Assembly (NCBI GenBank): GCA_046539845.1
Contig: JBKHGE010000022.1
Coordinates: 1 to 34,989, forward strand
DNA: 34,989 nucleotides
Source: Desulfonatronovibrionaceae bacterium
GTDB taxonomy: Bacteria > Desulfobacterota > Desulfovibrionia > Desulfovibrionales > Desulfonatronovibrionaceae
Direction of reading: 5' to 3'
Shown here: one piece after another, positions 1 to 7,269 of the stretch
How positions within the stretch are numbered: the stretch's first letter is position 1
Layout: every line of letters begins with the position of its first letter
Notes under the pieces: generated by a model
Told to the model about the DNA's origin: nothing
Seen by the model: only the letters and a program-made list of their open reading frames with translations
The model's database searches: none
Translations under genes and position numbers: made by a program

Positions 1-54
1 GTTGTTATTACTGCTTATATCCGGAAAATCTGTAGCAAAAGGTGAAAGTGCTGT

Positions 55-70
55 CCAATTCGCGCGAATA
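55..70. repeat. Left-arm repeat upstream of TA module 1 (CCAATTCGCGCGAATA)
   Basis: 13/16 identical to CTAATTTGCGTGAATA at 951-966. It is inverted relative to the ATTCGCG units at 886-913. Confidence 0.5.
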
Positions 71-155
71 CCCTTGGTGGTAAATTAAATTTCTTGTTTT
101 TTGGGATGGAGGGCAAATGGGTGAAGGAAAGGAAATCGGCAAGTACTTGGCTTTG

Positions 156-184
156 TTGACACAGGCAGCTATGAGCCATATTAT
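156..184 (+). promoter_or_regulatory. Sigma70-type promoter of the vapBC-like operon
   Basis: TTGACA (156-161), 17-nt spacer, TATTAT (179-184). Confidence 0.7.
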
Positions 185-199
185 GCATGTATAATATGG
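176..199. promoter_or_regulatory. Palindromic operator, probable antitoxin autorepression site
   Basis: CCATATTAT-GCATGT-ATAATATGG has perfect 9-bp arms, overlaps the -10 box and abuts the RBS. This is typical of RHH antitoxin operators. Confidence 0.65.
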
Positions 200-209
200 A
201 GGAATGGAC

Positions 210-452
210 ATGAAACGAACAACCATCATGCTTCCGGAAGATCTGAAAGCCAAGGCGACGCAGTATTGCGAGCAAAAAGGGATATCTTTGGGCGGACTGC
301 TCCGAGAGGTCCTGGAAAGTAAACTCCGGGAAGCAAACAGGGAGAGACAGGGAGAGGATGCCTTGTTTGCCGATCTGGAAGTGTTCCAGGGCGATGTGCC
401 GGAAGACATCAGCCTGAACCACGATGTTTATCTGTACCAGCACCGAACATGA
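210..452 (+). CDS. Ribbon-helix-helix (CopG/VapB-like) antitoxin
   Basis: N-terminus MKRTTIMLPEDLKAKA..SLGGLLREVL fits RHH, and the tail is acidic and ends in HDVYLY. GGAGG at 198-202 favours ATG 210 over 204. ATGA overlap with the toxin. Confidence 0.85.
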   Translation: MKRTTIMLPEDLKAKATQYCEQKGISLGGLLREVLESKLREANRERQGEDALFADLEVFQGDVPEDISLNHDVYLYQHRT

Positions 453-850
453 TCTTTATTGATACCGGCGCCTTTCTAGCCCGCTACCTGGCAAAAGATC
501 AATACCATGCGCCGGCTATAGCTTTCTGGGAGGAACTCAGAACCAGAAGCGAAAGGCTGGTCACCAGCAATTTTGTCCTGGACGAGACCGCCACCCTGTT
601 GGGCAGGCGAGCCGGATACCTATTTGCGTCCAGGCGACTGCAAGCCGCGTATATCTCAAATATCCTGCAGATCTGGCGCCCGGACCAAAATGATGAGCTC
701 CGAGCCATAGATTGGTTTGTCAAATTTTCGGATCAAGGGGTCAGCTTTACTGACTGCATTTCCTTCGTGCTCATGGAACAGAGACGGGTTGAACGCGTCT
801 TCTCCTTTGATCGCCATTTCGATGCCGCCGGATTCAAGCGCTGGCCTTGA
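449..850 (+). CDS. vapC: PIN-domain VapC-family toxin
   Basis: PIN acidic motifs IFIDTGAF, TSNFVLDET, SFTDCISF and FSFDRHF; 133 aa. Confidence 0.93.
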   Translation: MIFIDTGAFLARYLAKDQYHAPAIAFWEELRTRSERLVTSNFVLDETATLLGRRAGYLFASRRLQAAYISNILQIWRPDQNDELRAIDWFVKFSDQGVSFTDCISFVLMEQRRVERVFSFDRHFDAAGFKRWP

Positions 851-880
851 TATAAAAAAGCAAAAAGGGCAAACATTTTC

Positions 881-930
881 TCTTCATTCGCGCCTATTCG
901 CGTCATTCACGGGCCAATCGATTTTCTTTT
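881..930 (+). repeat. Right-arm repeat copy 1 (three ATTCRCG units plus GGCCAATCGATTT tail)
   Basis: TCTTC-ATTCGCG-CCT-ATTCGCG-TC-ATTCACG-GGCCAATCGATTTTCTTTT; near-identical to 1641-1680. Confidence 0.85.
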
Positions 931-936
931 GCCCTT

Positions 937-966
937 CCCGCCAAATACCCCTAATTTGCGTGAATA
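937..966. repeat. Left-arm repeat upstream of TA module 2 (degenerate inverted copy)
   Basis: AAT at 944, 953 and 963 (spacing 9,10) mirrors ATT at 886, 896 and 905 (spacing 10,9). About 19/29 matches to the reverse complement of 886-913 by hand alignment. Confidence 0.55.
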
Positions 967-1022
967 AATAAAAAACGCCCCGAAAATCGAAAAACATGGG
1001 CACAAAACTCCTCCTTTTCCAA

Positions 1023-1051
1023 TTGACATCCGCTTAAAATCTGATTATTTT
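1023..1051 (+). promoter_or_regulatory. Putative sigma70 promoter of TA module 2
   Basis: TTGACA (1023-1028), 17 nt, TATTTT (1046-1051). An alternative -10 TATGAT lies at 1063-1068. Confidence 0.45.
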
Positions 1052-1083
1052 TACAAATAAAATATGATAAAGGAGTGAATATA

Positions 1084-1350
1084 GTGAAAACTTCAGAGTA
1101 TATTTCCGCAACCGATCTTTCCAAAAAAACCTCTGCAACACTGGACGCCTTTGAAAATGGCCAAGCAGAAAAACTAATTGTCCTGAAAAACAATTCTCCC
1201 AAAGCGGTACTTTTATCCATGCAGGCTTACGAAGAGCTGGAAGAGGAACTGGAAAACCTGCGCCTGAAGTTGCTGGCATCTTCCCGCCTGGATTCCTTTG
1301 AAAAAGAAAAAGCCTTGTCCCATGAACAAATGCTTCAAAAATTCGGCTGA
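1084..1350 (+). CDS. Phd/YefM-family antitoxin
   Basis: ISATDLSK..LIVLKNNSPKAVLLSMQAYEEL is the Phd/YefM pattern. AAGGAG at 1070-1075 favours GTG 1084 (the track gives 1075). Stop overlaps the toxin start. Confidence 0.88.
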   Translation: MKTSEYISATDLSKKTSATLDAFENGQAEKLIVLKNNSPKAVLLSMQAYEELEEELENLRLKLLASSRLDSFEKEKALSHEQMLQKFG

Positions 1351-1637
1351 TGAACTGGAAAATAACCTACCATCACGCTGTGGAAAAAGATTTGCAGCAA
1401 ATCGGGATTCCGGGTGCACGACGAATTATCCAGGCCATCGACAAGAAGCTCGCCTCATGTCCCCTTGAATTCGGCGCACCCCTTTCCGGTGATTTAGCCG
1501 GACTTCGGAAATTAAGAGTTGGAGACTACCGGGTAGTTTATCAAGTACGAGATGCAGAAGTAGTAATCTATATCCTGGCTGTAGGGCCAAGAAGAAACAA
1601 GAAAATCTACCAAACTACCTCCAAAAGATACAAATGA
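1350..1637 (+). CDS. relE: RelE/ParE-superfamily toxin (RelE/StbE-like)
   Basis: LSGDLAGLRKLRVGDYRVVYQV..ILAVGPR is the RelE signature; 95 aa, basic. Confidence 0.9.
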   Translation: MNWKITYHHAVEKDLQQIGIPGARRIIQAIDKKLASCPLEFGAPLSGDLAGLRKLRVGDYRVVYQVRDAEVVIYILAVGPRRNKKIYQTTSKRYK

Positions 1638-1640
1638 CCT

Positions 1641-1680
1641 TCTTCATTCGCGTAATTCGCGGGCCAATCGATTTCCTTTT
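1641..1680 (+). repeat. Right-arm repeat copy 2 (two ATTCGCG units plus GGCCAATCGATTT tail)
   Basis: TCTTC-ATTCGCG-TA-ATTCGCG-GGCCAATCGATTTCCTTTT, starting 3 nt after the relE stop. It matches 881-930 minus one 10-nt unit. Confidence 0.85.
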
Positions 1681-1697
1681 TCGCTCTTCTCTGTGCC

Positions 1698-1770
1698 CTC
1701 CGCGTCCCGAGCGAGTCTTCGAGCAGCCTGTCCGGTCACTCAGGGTATCTGAGTGCCGGAGGCGAGAGGG
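1698..1770 (+). repeat. REP-like dispersed repeat, copy interrupted by a 36-nt hairpin
   Basis: 1698-1724 is 24/27 identical to 4787-4813, and GGCGAGAGGG at 1761-1770 equals 4815-4824. Bases 1725-1760 replace a single G. Confidence 0.75.
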
Positions 1771-1841
1771 AAACCTTTTGGTTCTATTCTTTACAATTTG
1801 AACTTCGCACTTGCAATCTGTAAAAAACACGTTGAATCCCT

Positions 1842-3551
1842 ATGCCCAAAATCCTTTTCTACATAGAGCGCGATCTGCATCTGCTGTACCTTTTGCCGGT
1901 CATGGAGAAGTTAAAAAATGAACCCGGGGTGCGGACCGCTTTCTGCGCCCCGGAATTCATCCCCTCCTCGAGATACAAGCCGGGGCACGGGCTGTGCCCA
2001 GACAAGCTCCAGCAATTGCAAAAAACCGCCCCGGTGTTTGAAAACCCGGAAGACTTCTCCCCGGATGTCACCGTGGTCGGGGATTCCTGCCACTTCTTGC
2101 TCCCGGAGCACCCCGGCCCGACCGTGAATATCGGGCACGGACTCATCTGCAAGGGGACCTTTTACACGGACAGACCCCACTCCCGCCGGGACAACCTGCC
2201 CACCGCCCTGTGCGTACCCGGGCCGTGGCACAAAAAAAGGCTTCAAAAACAGGTAAAAATTCCCATCCGGGTGACCGGGTTCATAAAGACCGACTACCTG
2301 ATAAAAAATGATCCCGGCCCAAGAAGCGAATTCAACCGTTTCTGGGGGGTACGGGATAAAGCGGCGAACATCCTTTACGCACCCACCTTTAACCCGGAAC
2401 TCTCATCCATCTCCCAAGTCCTTCCCCGGATCACGGACTTGGCGGACAAGGACACAAATGTGCTCATAAAACTGCACAACATGACCCCGCCGGAATGGTT
2501 CGAGTCCTGCTGCAGATTGAGCGCGGAGCACGACAACATCGCTCTTTTGACCGACTCGGAATATACGCGCATGATGCATCACACAGACCTTTTGATCAGC
2601 GATGTGTCCTCCATCTTTGTCGAGTTTATGCTTCTGGACAAGCCGGTGCTCCTTTTTAACAGCCCGGAGATAAAAAATTTCAACACCTTTGACCCCCAGG
2701 ACATCGAATATCAGGTCCGGGACGGGGCCAGCGAGGCCGACTCCCCGCGGGAACTAGTGCGCAAGGCAAAAGAAGAAATTGAAAGACCGCAGGAAAAGTC
2801 CGGGCCCAGGAAAAAATACCGCCAAGCCCTGGACTACAAAAGAGACGGCAGAAGCGCACAGCGGGTCGCCCGGGTGGTGCTGGATACCCTGGAGCAAAAA
2901 GTCTCCCGCAGCCCCAGATCGCGCAGGCGTTATCTCATCCTTGTGGACTGTGAAGGAAATACTTCCCGGCAGACGCAGAAGACACTCGCAAATATTCGCA
3001 GCGCCGGATTTGAGCAGGACATGGACATTTTGACTGTAAGAGATGGAGACAGCCCAGGCCGGGACGGACCCGGCCCGGATTTTGACCGGGCCCTGCAGAA
3101 AATCGCCAAAAGCACGGCCGAGTATATCGTATTTCTGCGCGCCGGTTTCTGTGTTCCCTACAAATGGGCGGAGCACTTGGCCCTACACATGTTCTGGGAC
3201 GAAGAAATCGGGATAGTCCGCGCCCTGGGGCAGAAAGAAATCGCTGACTCAACACTGCGCTTTTTCAAATTCGAGACAGCTGAAAAGATGCCCGCTCCTG
3301 TATCCGCGCACTACCTGCGGACAATAGGTATCGGCAGCCGGGGGAGCGGAATAAGCGGACCTTCGGCCTGCGTCCTTGCCCCGCTTTACGACGCCAAGGC
3401 CCTGCTAGCTGAAAACCGGCCTGAAAGCCCGGAAAAGTTGTGCCGGGAGATGCACAGCAAGGCGGCCGGTCAGGGCAGCCAGATAGTTACCGCCCTGGAT
3501 GTCTATGTGCATCCGGGACCGGACACTAAAGCCTGCGCCCCGCGATACTAA
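1842..3551 (+). CDS. CDP-glycerol glycerophosphotransferase (TagB/TagF/EpsJ family) protein, paralog 1
   Basis: NIGHG, TGFIKTD, ILYAPTF, LIKLH and DLLISDVSSIFVEFMLLDKPV motifs, plus a C-terminal degenerate GT-A-like extension. Confidence 0.85.
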   Translation: MPKILFYIERDLHLLYLLPVMEKLKNEPGVRTAFCAPEFIPSSRYKPGHGLCPDKLQQLQKTAPVFENPEDFSPDVTVVGDSCHFLLPEHPGPTVNIGHGLICKGTFYTDRPHSRRDNLPTALCVPGPWHKKRLQKQVKIPIRVTGFIKTDYLIKNDPGPRSEFNRFWGVRDKAANILYAPTFNPELSSISQVLPRITDLADKDTNVLIKLHNMTPPEWFESCCRLSAEHDNIALLTDSEYTRMMHHTDLLISDVSSIFVEFMLLDKPVLLFNSPEIKNFNTFDPQDIEYQVRDGASEADSPRELVRKAKEEIERPQEKSGPRKKYRQALDYKRDGRSAQRVARVVLDTLEQKVSRSPRSRRRYLILVDCEGNTSRQTQKTLANIRSAGFEQDMDILTVRDGDSPGRDGPGPDFDRALQKIAKSTAEYIVFLRAGFCVPYKWAEHLALHMFWDEEIGIVRALGQKEIADSTLRFFKFETAEKMPAPVSAHYLRTIGIGSRGSGISGPSACVLAPLYDAKALLAENRPESPEKLCREMHSKAAGQGSQIVTALDVYVHPGPDTKACAPRY

Positions 3552-4689
3552 GGAGCTTTTGCATCCTGTGGGCATAAGTATGCTCCGCTGCGATCCTTCG
3601 CCTGGCAGCCTTTATTATCCGCGTCCTTTCCCCTTCGCTTCCCAGGTAATGCCGGACGATCTCCGGAACCTCCCCAGGAGCCTCATAACAAACCGCTTCC
3701 TTTCCCGCCTCGAACATCTCTTCCAGCTGTTTCCTCTTGTCCGTAATCAAAAAACCCCCGGCCGCGGGCACATCAAACACCCTCTGGGTCACCGCTCCGC
3801 TCATCTGCACGCTGGAGCAGGCGAAATTGACCTTGCTCAGGGAATAAAGCTTAAAGGCCTCGCTACCGTAAGCTATGGGCGGGTGATAATCAAAGCGGGC
3901 CGGATCAAGGATCTTTTCCCAGTATTTATCCCCGGCAATGAGCGGCTTGAACTCAAGAAGCTGTTTCACGCACATTTTGCGGTACAGCTTGTTCGCCCGC
4001 CAATAAATAAGATGCAAGAGCCCGTTTTGATTTTTGGGATCAAGCTCAGAGCCCATCCGGGAATAAAATCGCGGGAATCCGTCTCGGATGAACTCCAGAC
4101 CGTTTCCGGGCTGATTATCGACCAAAGCCCGGGCCAGCCGCAGGGATTCTCGTAAAAAATAGGCGGGCAGATCATGGTTTTTCACACAGGCGGCGATCTT
4201 GGCGCTCCAGGTGTCTCCCAGAAAGGAAACCGGGATCCGGGGTGGGGACCCCATCCTTTTGATCCTGGTCCGGTCCGCGGCCAAAGGCAGATAATGCATG
4301 TCCCGGGCTATCGTCCCGCCAGCCTTTTCCTTCCCGTTTGGATCGCAGGAGAAAAACAGGGTGTTTTGGGGATAGATGTGTTCCCGGCCGTGTAAGAATA
4401 AATCCGGGCTGTCCACCAACCAGATCAAGAGAGGGATTTTCCAGGCGTCAAAAAATTGAGCCATGTATCCGGTTTCATCCACACCCAGGGCGTTTACTGT
4501 CAAAACAAAATGGGGACGGAAGCGGGCTATTGCCTCCGCGGTGTGCTGCAAAAACTCTTTCGCTCCGATTCCCAATTCGTTCGGACGAAAATTGAGAAAG
4601 GTTAATCCCAGCTCCTGCAGGGCCAGGGGGATCTCCCGGCTTAAGTAATAATCCAGGTTCAGGAAGAATATTCTGGGTTTGGAGGTCAT
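3526..4689 (-). CDS. CgeB-like glycosyltransferase (Glyco_trans_1_2)
   Basis: IWLVDSP, YLPLAAD, RVFDVPAAGGFLITD and EHTYAHRM. Start taken at ATG 4689; the track extends to 4713. Confidence 0.85.
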   Translation of the reverse strand: MTSKPRIFFLNLDYYLSREIPLALQELGLTFLNFRPNELGIGAKEFLQHTAEAIARFRPHFVLTVNALGVDETGYMAQFFDAWKIPLLIWLVDSPDLFLHGREHIYPQNTLFFSCDPNGKEKAGGTIARDMHYLPLAADRTRIKRMGSPPRIPVSFLGDTWSAKIAACVKNHDLPAYFLRESLRLARALVDNQPGNGLEFIRDGFPRFYSRMGSELDPKNQNGLLHLIYWRANKLYRKMCVKQLLEFKPLIAGDKYWEKILDPARFDYHPPIAYGSEAFKLYSLSKVNFACSSVQMSGAVTQRVFDVPAAGGFLITDKRKQLEEMFEAGKEAVCYEAPGEVPEIVRHYLGSEGERTRIIKAARRRIAAEHTYAHRMQKLLSIAGRRL

Positions 4690-4786
4690 ACGCTGCCTTA
4701 ATTTTTTTCTCACGCCCGCTATGTGCGGAGAAATTTACTTTATGCTCCGCAGGAACAGAAAGCAAAACATTCCAACTCCCCTCTTG

Positions 4787-4824
4787 CTCCGCGTCTCGAG
4801 CAAGTCTTGGAGCGGGCGAGAGGG
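4787..4824 (+). repeat. REP-like dispersed repeat, uninterrupted copy
   Basis: CTCCGCGTCTCGAGCAAGTCTTGGAGCGGGCGAGAGGG matches 1698-1770. Bases 4809-4823 are the exact reverse complement of 17504-17518. Confidence 0.75.
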
Positions 4825-4911
4825 CTTCTTTTTACCCTGGACAACCTTTCCCCACAACCCGGTTATTCCGGCACCTTTCTTGCTATTATTCCCGCAAACT
4901 AAGGAGGAGGC

Positions 4912-5583
4912 ATGAAAGCAGTCCTGCTCGCTGCCGGTGTGGGCAGCCGCCTGGGTCGGCCGTTTCCAAAGTCGCTGGTAAAACTGCCCCACGGAGAACG
5001 CATCCTGGGCCGTCAAATACGTACCCTGCGCGGATTAAATATCCACGAGATCTATGTCGTGGTCGGGTTCAAGATGAGTCTCATCATGGAGCAGTTCCCG
5101 GATGTCTTTTTCCGTTACAATCCTTTCTACTACATAACCAACACCTCCAAAAGCCTCTTGTGCGCGCTTGCCGACCTGGATGATGAGATCATCTGGCTGA
5201 ACGGGGACGTCATAGCCGACCCGGAAGTCATCTCCGCGGTGGCTGCAAACAAGGGAAATATCGCTGCAGTGGATCGCAAAAAATGCGGCCCGGAAGAAGT
5301 AAAATATACCGCGGACAAAGACGACTTTATTCAGGCCATTTCCAAAACGGTCCACCCCGCCCACGGGGAGGCGGTGGGGATAAACAAGATCTCCCGGGAG
5401 GATCTGCCCCTGTTTATATCCTGCCTCAAGGACTGCGCGGACGAGGATTTTTTTGAAAAGGCCATGGAAAAAATGATCGAGCGCAAAGGCCGGTTCCGGG
5501 CGGTGGACATTTCCGAGCACAGATGCATTGAAGTGGATTTCGAGGACGACCTGCGTGAGGCCCTGGACATGTTCAGCGAATAA
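4912..5583 (+). CDS. LicC-like (phosphocholine/phosphonate-type) cytidylyltransferase, NTP transferase family
   Basis: LLAAGVGSRLG..PKSL, WLNGDV, EEVKY, GEAVGINK and IEVDFEDDL. Strong AGGAGG RBS. Confidence 0.85.
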   Translation: MKAVLLAAGVGSRLGRPFPKSLVKLPHGERILGRQIRTLRGLNIHEIYVVVGFKMSLIMEQFPDVFFRYNPFYYITNTSKSLLCALADLDDEIIWLNGDVIADPEVISAVAANKGNIAAVDRKKCGPEEVKYTADKDDFIQAISKTVHPAHGEAVGINKISREDLPLFISCLKDCADEDFFEKAMEKMIERKGRFRAVDISEHRCIEVDFEDDLREALDMFSE

Positions 5584-5586
5584 AAA

Positions 5587-7269
5587 ATGCCAAGAATCCT
5601 TTTTTACGTCGAAAGAAGCCTGCACTTGGCCTTTTTGGAACCGGTGCACGACTATCTCCAAGGCCACGATCTGGCTCTAACCGCTTTCTCCGCCCCGCCC
5701 TATTTTCCCGGGGACGGGGAAATCCCGGGCTGGGGACTGCCCGAATCCGAAACCACCCGTCTCAAAGAAAAGAGCCCTTTTTTCGAGCACCCGGAAGAGT
5801 TCGCCCCTGATGTGACCATAGTGGCTGACGCCTGCCACTTCCGCATTCCGTACATAAAAAATGTAATCAACGTAGGGCACGGGATGATCTGCAAGGGCGC
5901 ATTTTACACGGACAGTCCCGTGGTCCGCAGGGAAAATCTCTCAGAGTTACTCCTGGTTCCCGGCCCGTGGCATAAAAGGAGACTCAAAAAAAACGTGTTC
6001 ATTCCTATACGCTGCACCGGGTTTATCAAGTCCGATCTTTTGTTCGGACCCCAAGCAATGGGCAGAGAAGAATTCTGCGCCCGCCAGGGCATAGACCCTA
6101 AAAAAAAGATCATCCTCTTTGCCCCCACATACAATCCGGAGCTGAGCGCGATCCCTTGCCTGGGGGACAAGATAGGAGACCTGGCTGGAAAGGACAAAGA
6201 GCTCTTGATAAAGTTGCACAATCTCACGGATGCCTCCTGGAAAGAGCAATACAAAGACCTGGCCGAAAGCCAGGCCAATATCCATTACCTTGGCGATACT
6301 GATTACTCCGGCATGATGCATGCCGCTGACCTGCTTATATCCGACGTATCCTCTATCTTTACCGAGTTCATCCTCTTGGACAAGCCGGTGGTCCTCATGG
6401 ACAACCCGGAGATGAAAAGCTTTGCCTATTATCAACCCGGGGAGATAGAATACCAGGCCCGCAGCGCAGCCAAATGCGCCAAAAACGTATCCGAGCTCAA
6501 GAAACTAGTCGATTCCCAACTCCAAAACCGCGGTGAACTCAGTACAAGACGAAAGCAGTTTGCTGCCGCCTTGGACTACGGCCGGGACGGCAAAAGCGCG
6601 GAAAGAGCGGCAACGGCCATTCTGGACTGGATCGAAGGAAAGATAAAACCTGATTTTCCGCGAATCGCGGCCGTCCTGCTGGCTGGCGGAAAGGACTTCG
6701 CCCAAAAAGACGTCCTGGAGATTAAAAACTGCTCCGCGGGCTTTGATCTGCAGGTCTGGACCCTTGAGTCCCCCAAAAATTCCCCGGAGCTGCCGGATAT
6801 CAGCAGGGCGGGATCGCTTGGCGATCTCTTGGAGAGATCAAAAGCAGATTATTTCCTGTTTCTTCCGCCTAGCCACAAACTGCTGCACAATGCCCTGAAA
6901 CTGCTCCTGGGCCATTTCTTCTGGAACAAAGAGGTCGGAGCGGTCAAGGCCATAACCGAACGCGAAGTGGCCGATCAAATCTTGAGCGCCTTGACCGGAG
7001 AAGAAAAAAGAGTCGGTGATCCGGGGGCCGCCGCATTCGGGCTCATGACCCTGGGGGTCGGACAATCTGTGGAGGCGCCCGGAATTTTATCGCAAGCGGC
7101 CATGTTCCCTCGAAAGCTGTTGGAAGCACGGAAAGGAAAGGACCCCACACCGGGATCTGTAGTCCGTGGACTTGTCGCAGAGGCGGAAGAAAGAGGTCTG
7201 AAAATCCTTTTGGCTGCAGACTGTTTTATGCAGCCCAAAGCCGGGCCTCAGCCCCGCAACTCGCGGTAG
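5587..7269 (+). CDS. CDP-glycerol glycerophosphotransferase (TagB/TagF/EpsJ family) protein, paralog 2
   Basis: Same motifs as 1842-3551 (NVGHG, LFAPTY, IKLH, DLLISDVSSIF, DKPV) and colinear over its length. Starts 3 nt after the cytidylyltransferase. Confidence 0.85.
   Translation: MPRILFYVERSLHLAFLEPVHDYLQGHDLALTAFSAPPYFPGDGEIPGWGLPESETTRLKEKSPFFEHPEEFAPDVTIVADACHFRIPYIKNVINVGHGMICKGAFYTDSPVVRRENLSELLLVPGPWHKRRLKKNVFIPIRCTGFIKSDLLFGPQAMGREEFCARQGIDPKKKIILFAPTYNPELSAIPCLGDKIGDLAGKDKELLIKLHNLTDASWKEQYKDLAESQANIHYLGDTDYSGMMHAADLLISDVSSIFTEFILLDKPVVLMDNPEMKSFAYYQPGEIEYQARSAAKCAKNVSELKKLVDSQLQNRGELSTRRKQFAAALDYGRDGKSAERAATAILDWIEGKIKPDFPRIAAVLLAGGKDFAQKDVLEIKNCSAGFDLQVWTLESPKNSPELPDISRAGSLGDLLERSKADYFLFLPPSHKLLHNALKLLLGHFFWNKEVGAVKAITEREVADQILSALTGEEKRVGDPGAAAFGLMTLGVGQSVEAPGILSQAAMFPRKLLEARKGKDPTPGSVVRGLVAEAEERGLKILLAADCFMQPKAGPQPRNSR

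Noticed and set aside
190..195. Perfect TATAAT as the -10 for TTGACA at 156
   Set aside because: The spacer would be 28 nt. It is better explained as part of the operator's right arm.
881..1680. Repeats as a CRISPR array or integron attC sites
   Set aside because: Only two direct copies, 760 nt apart with genes between them. No cas or intI genes and no RYYYAAC/GTTRRRY boundaries.
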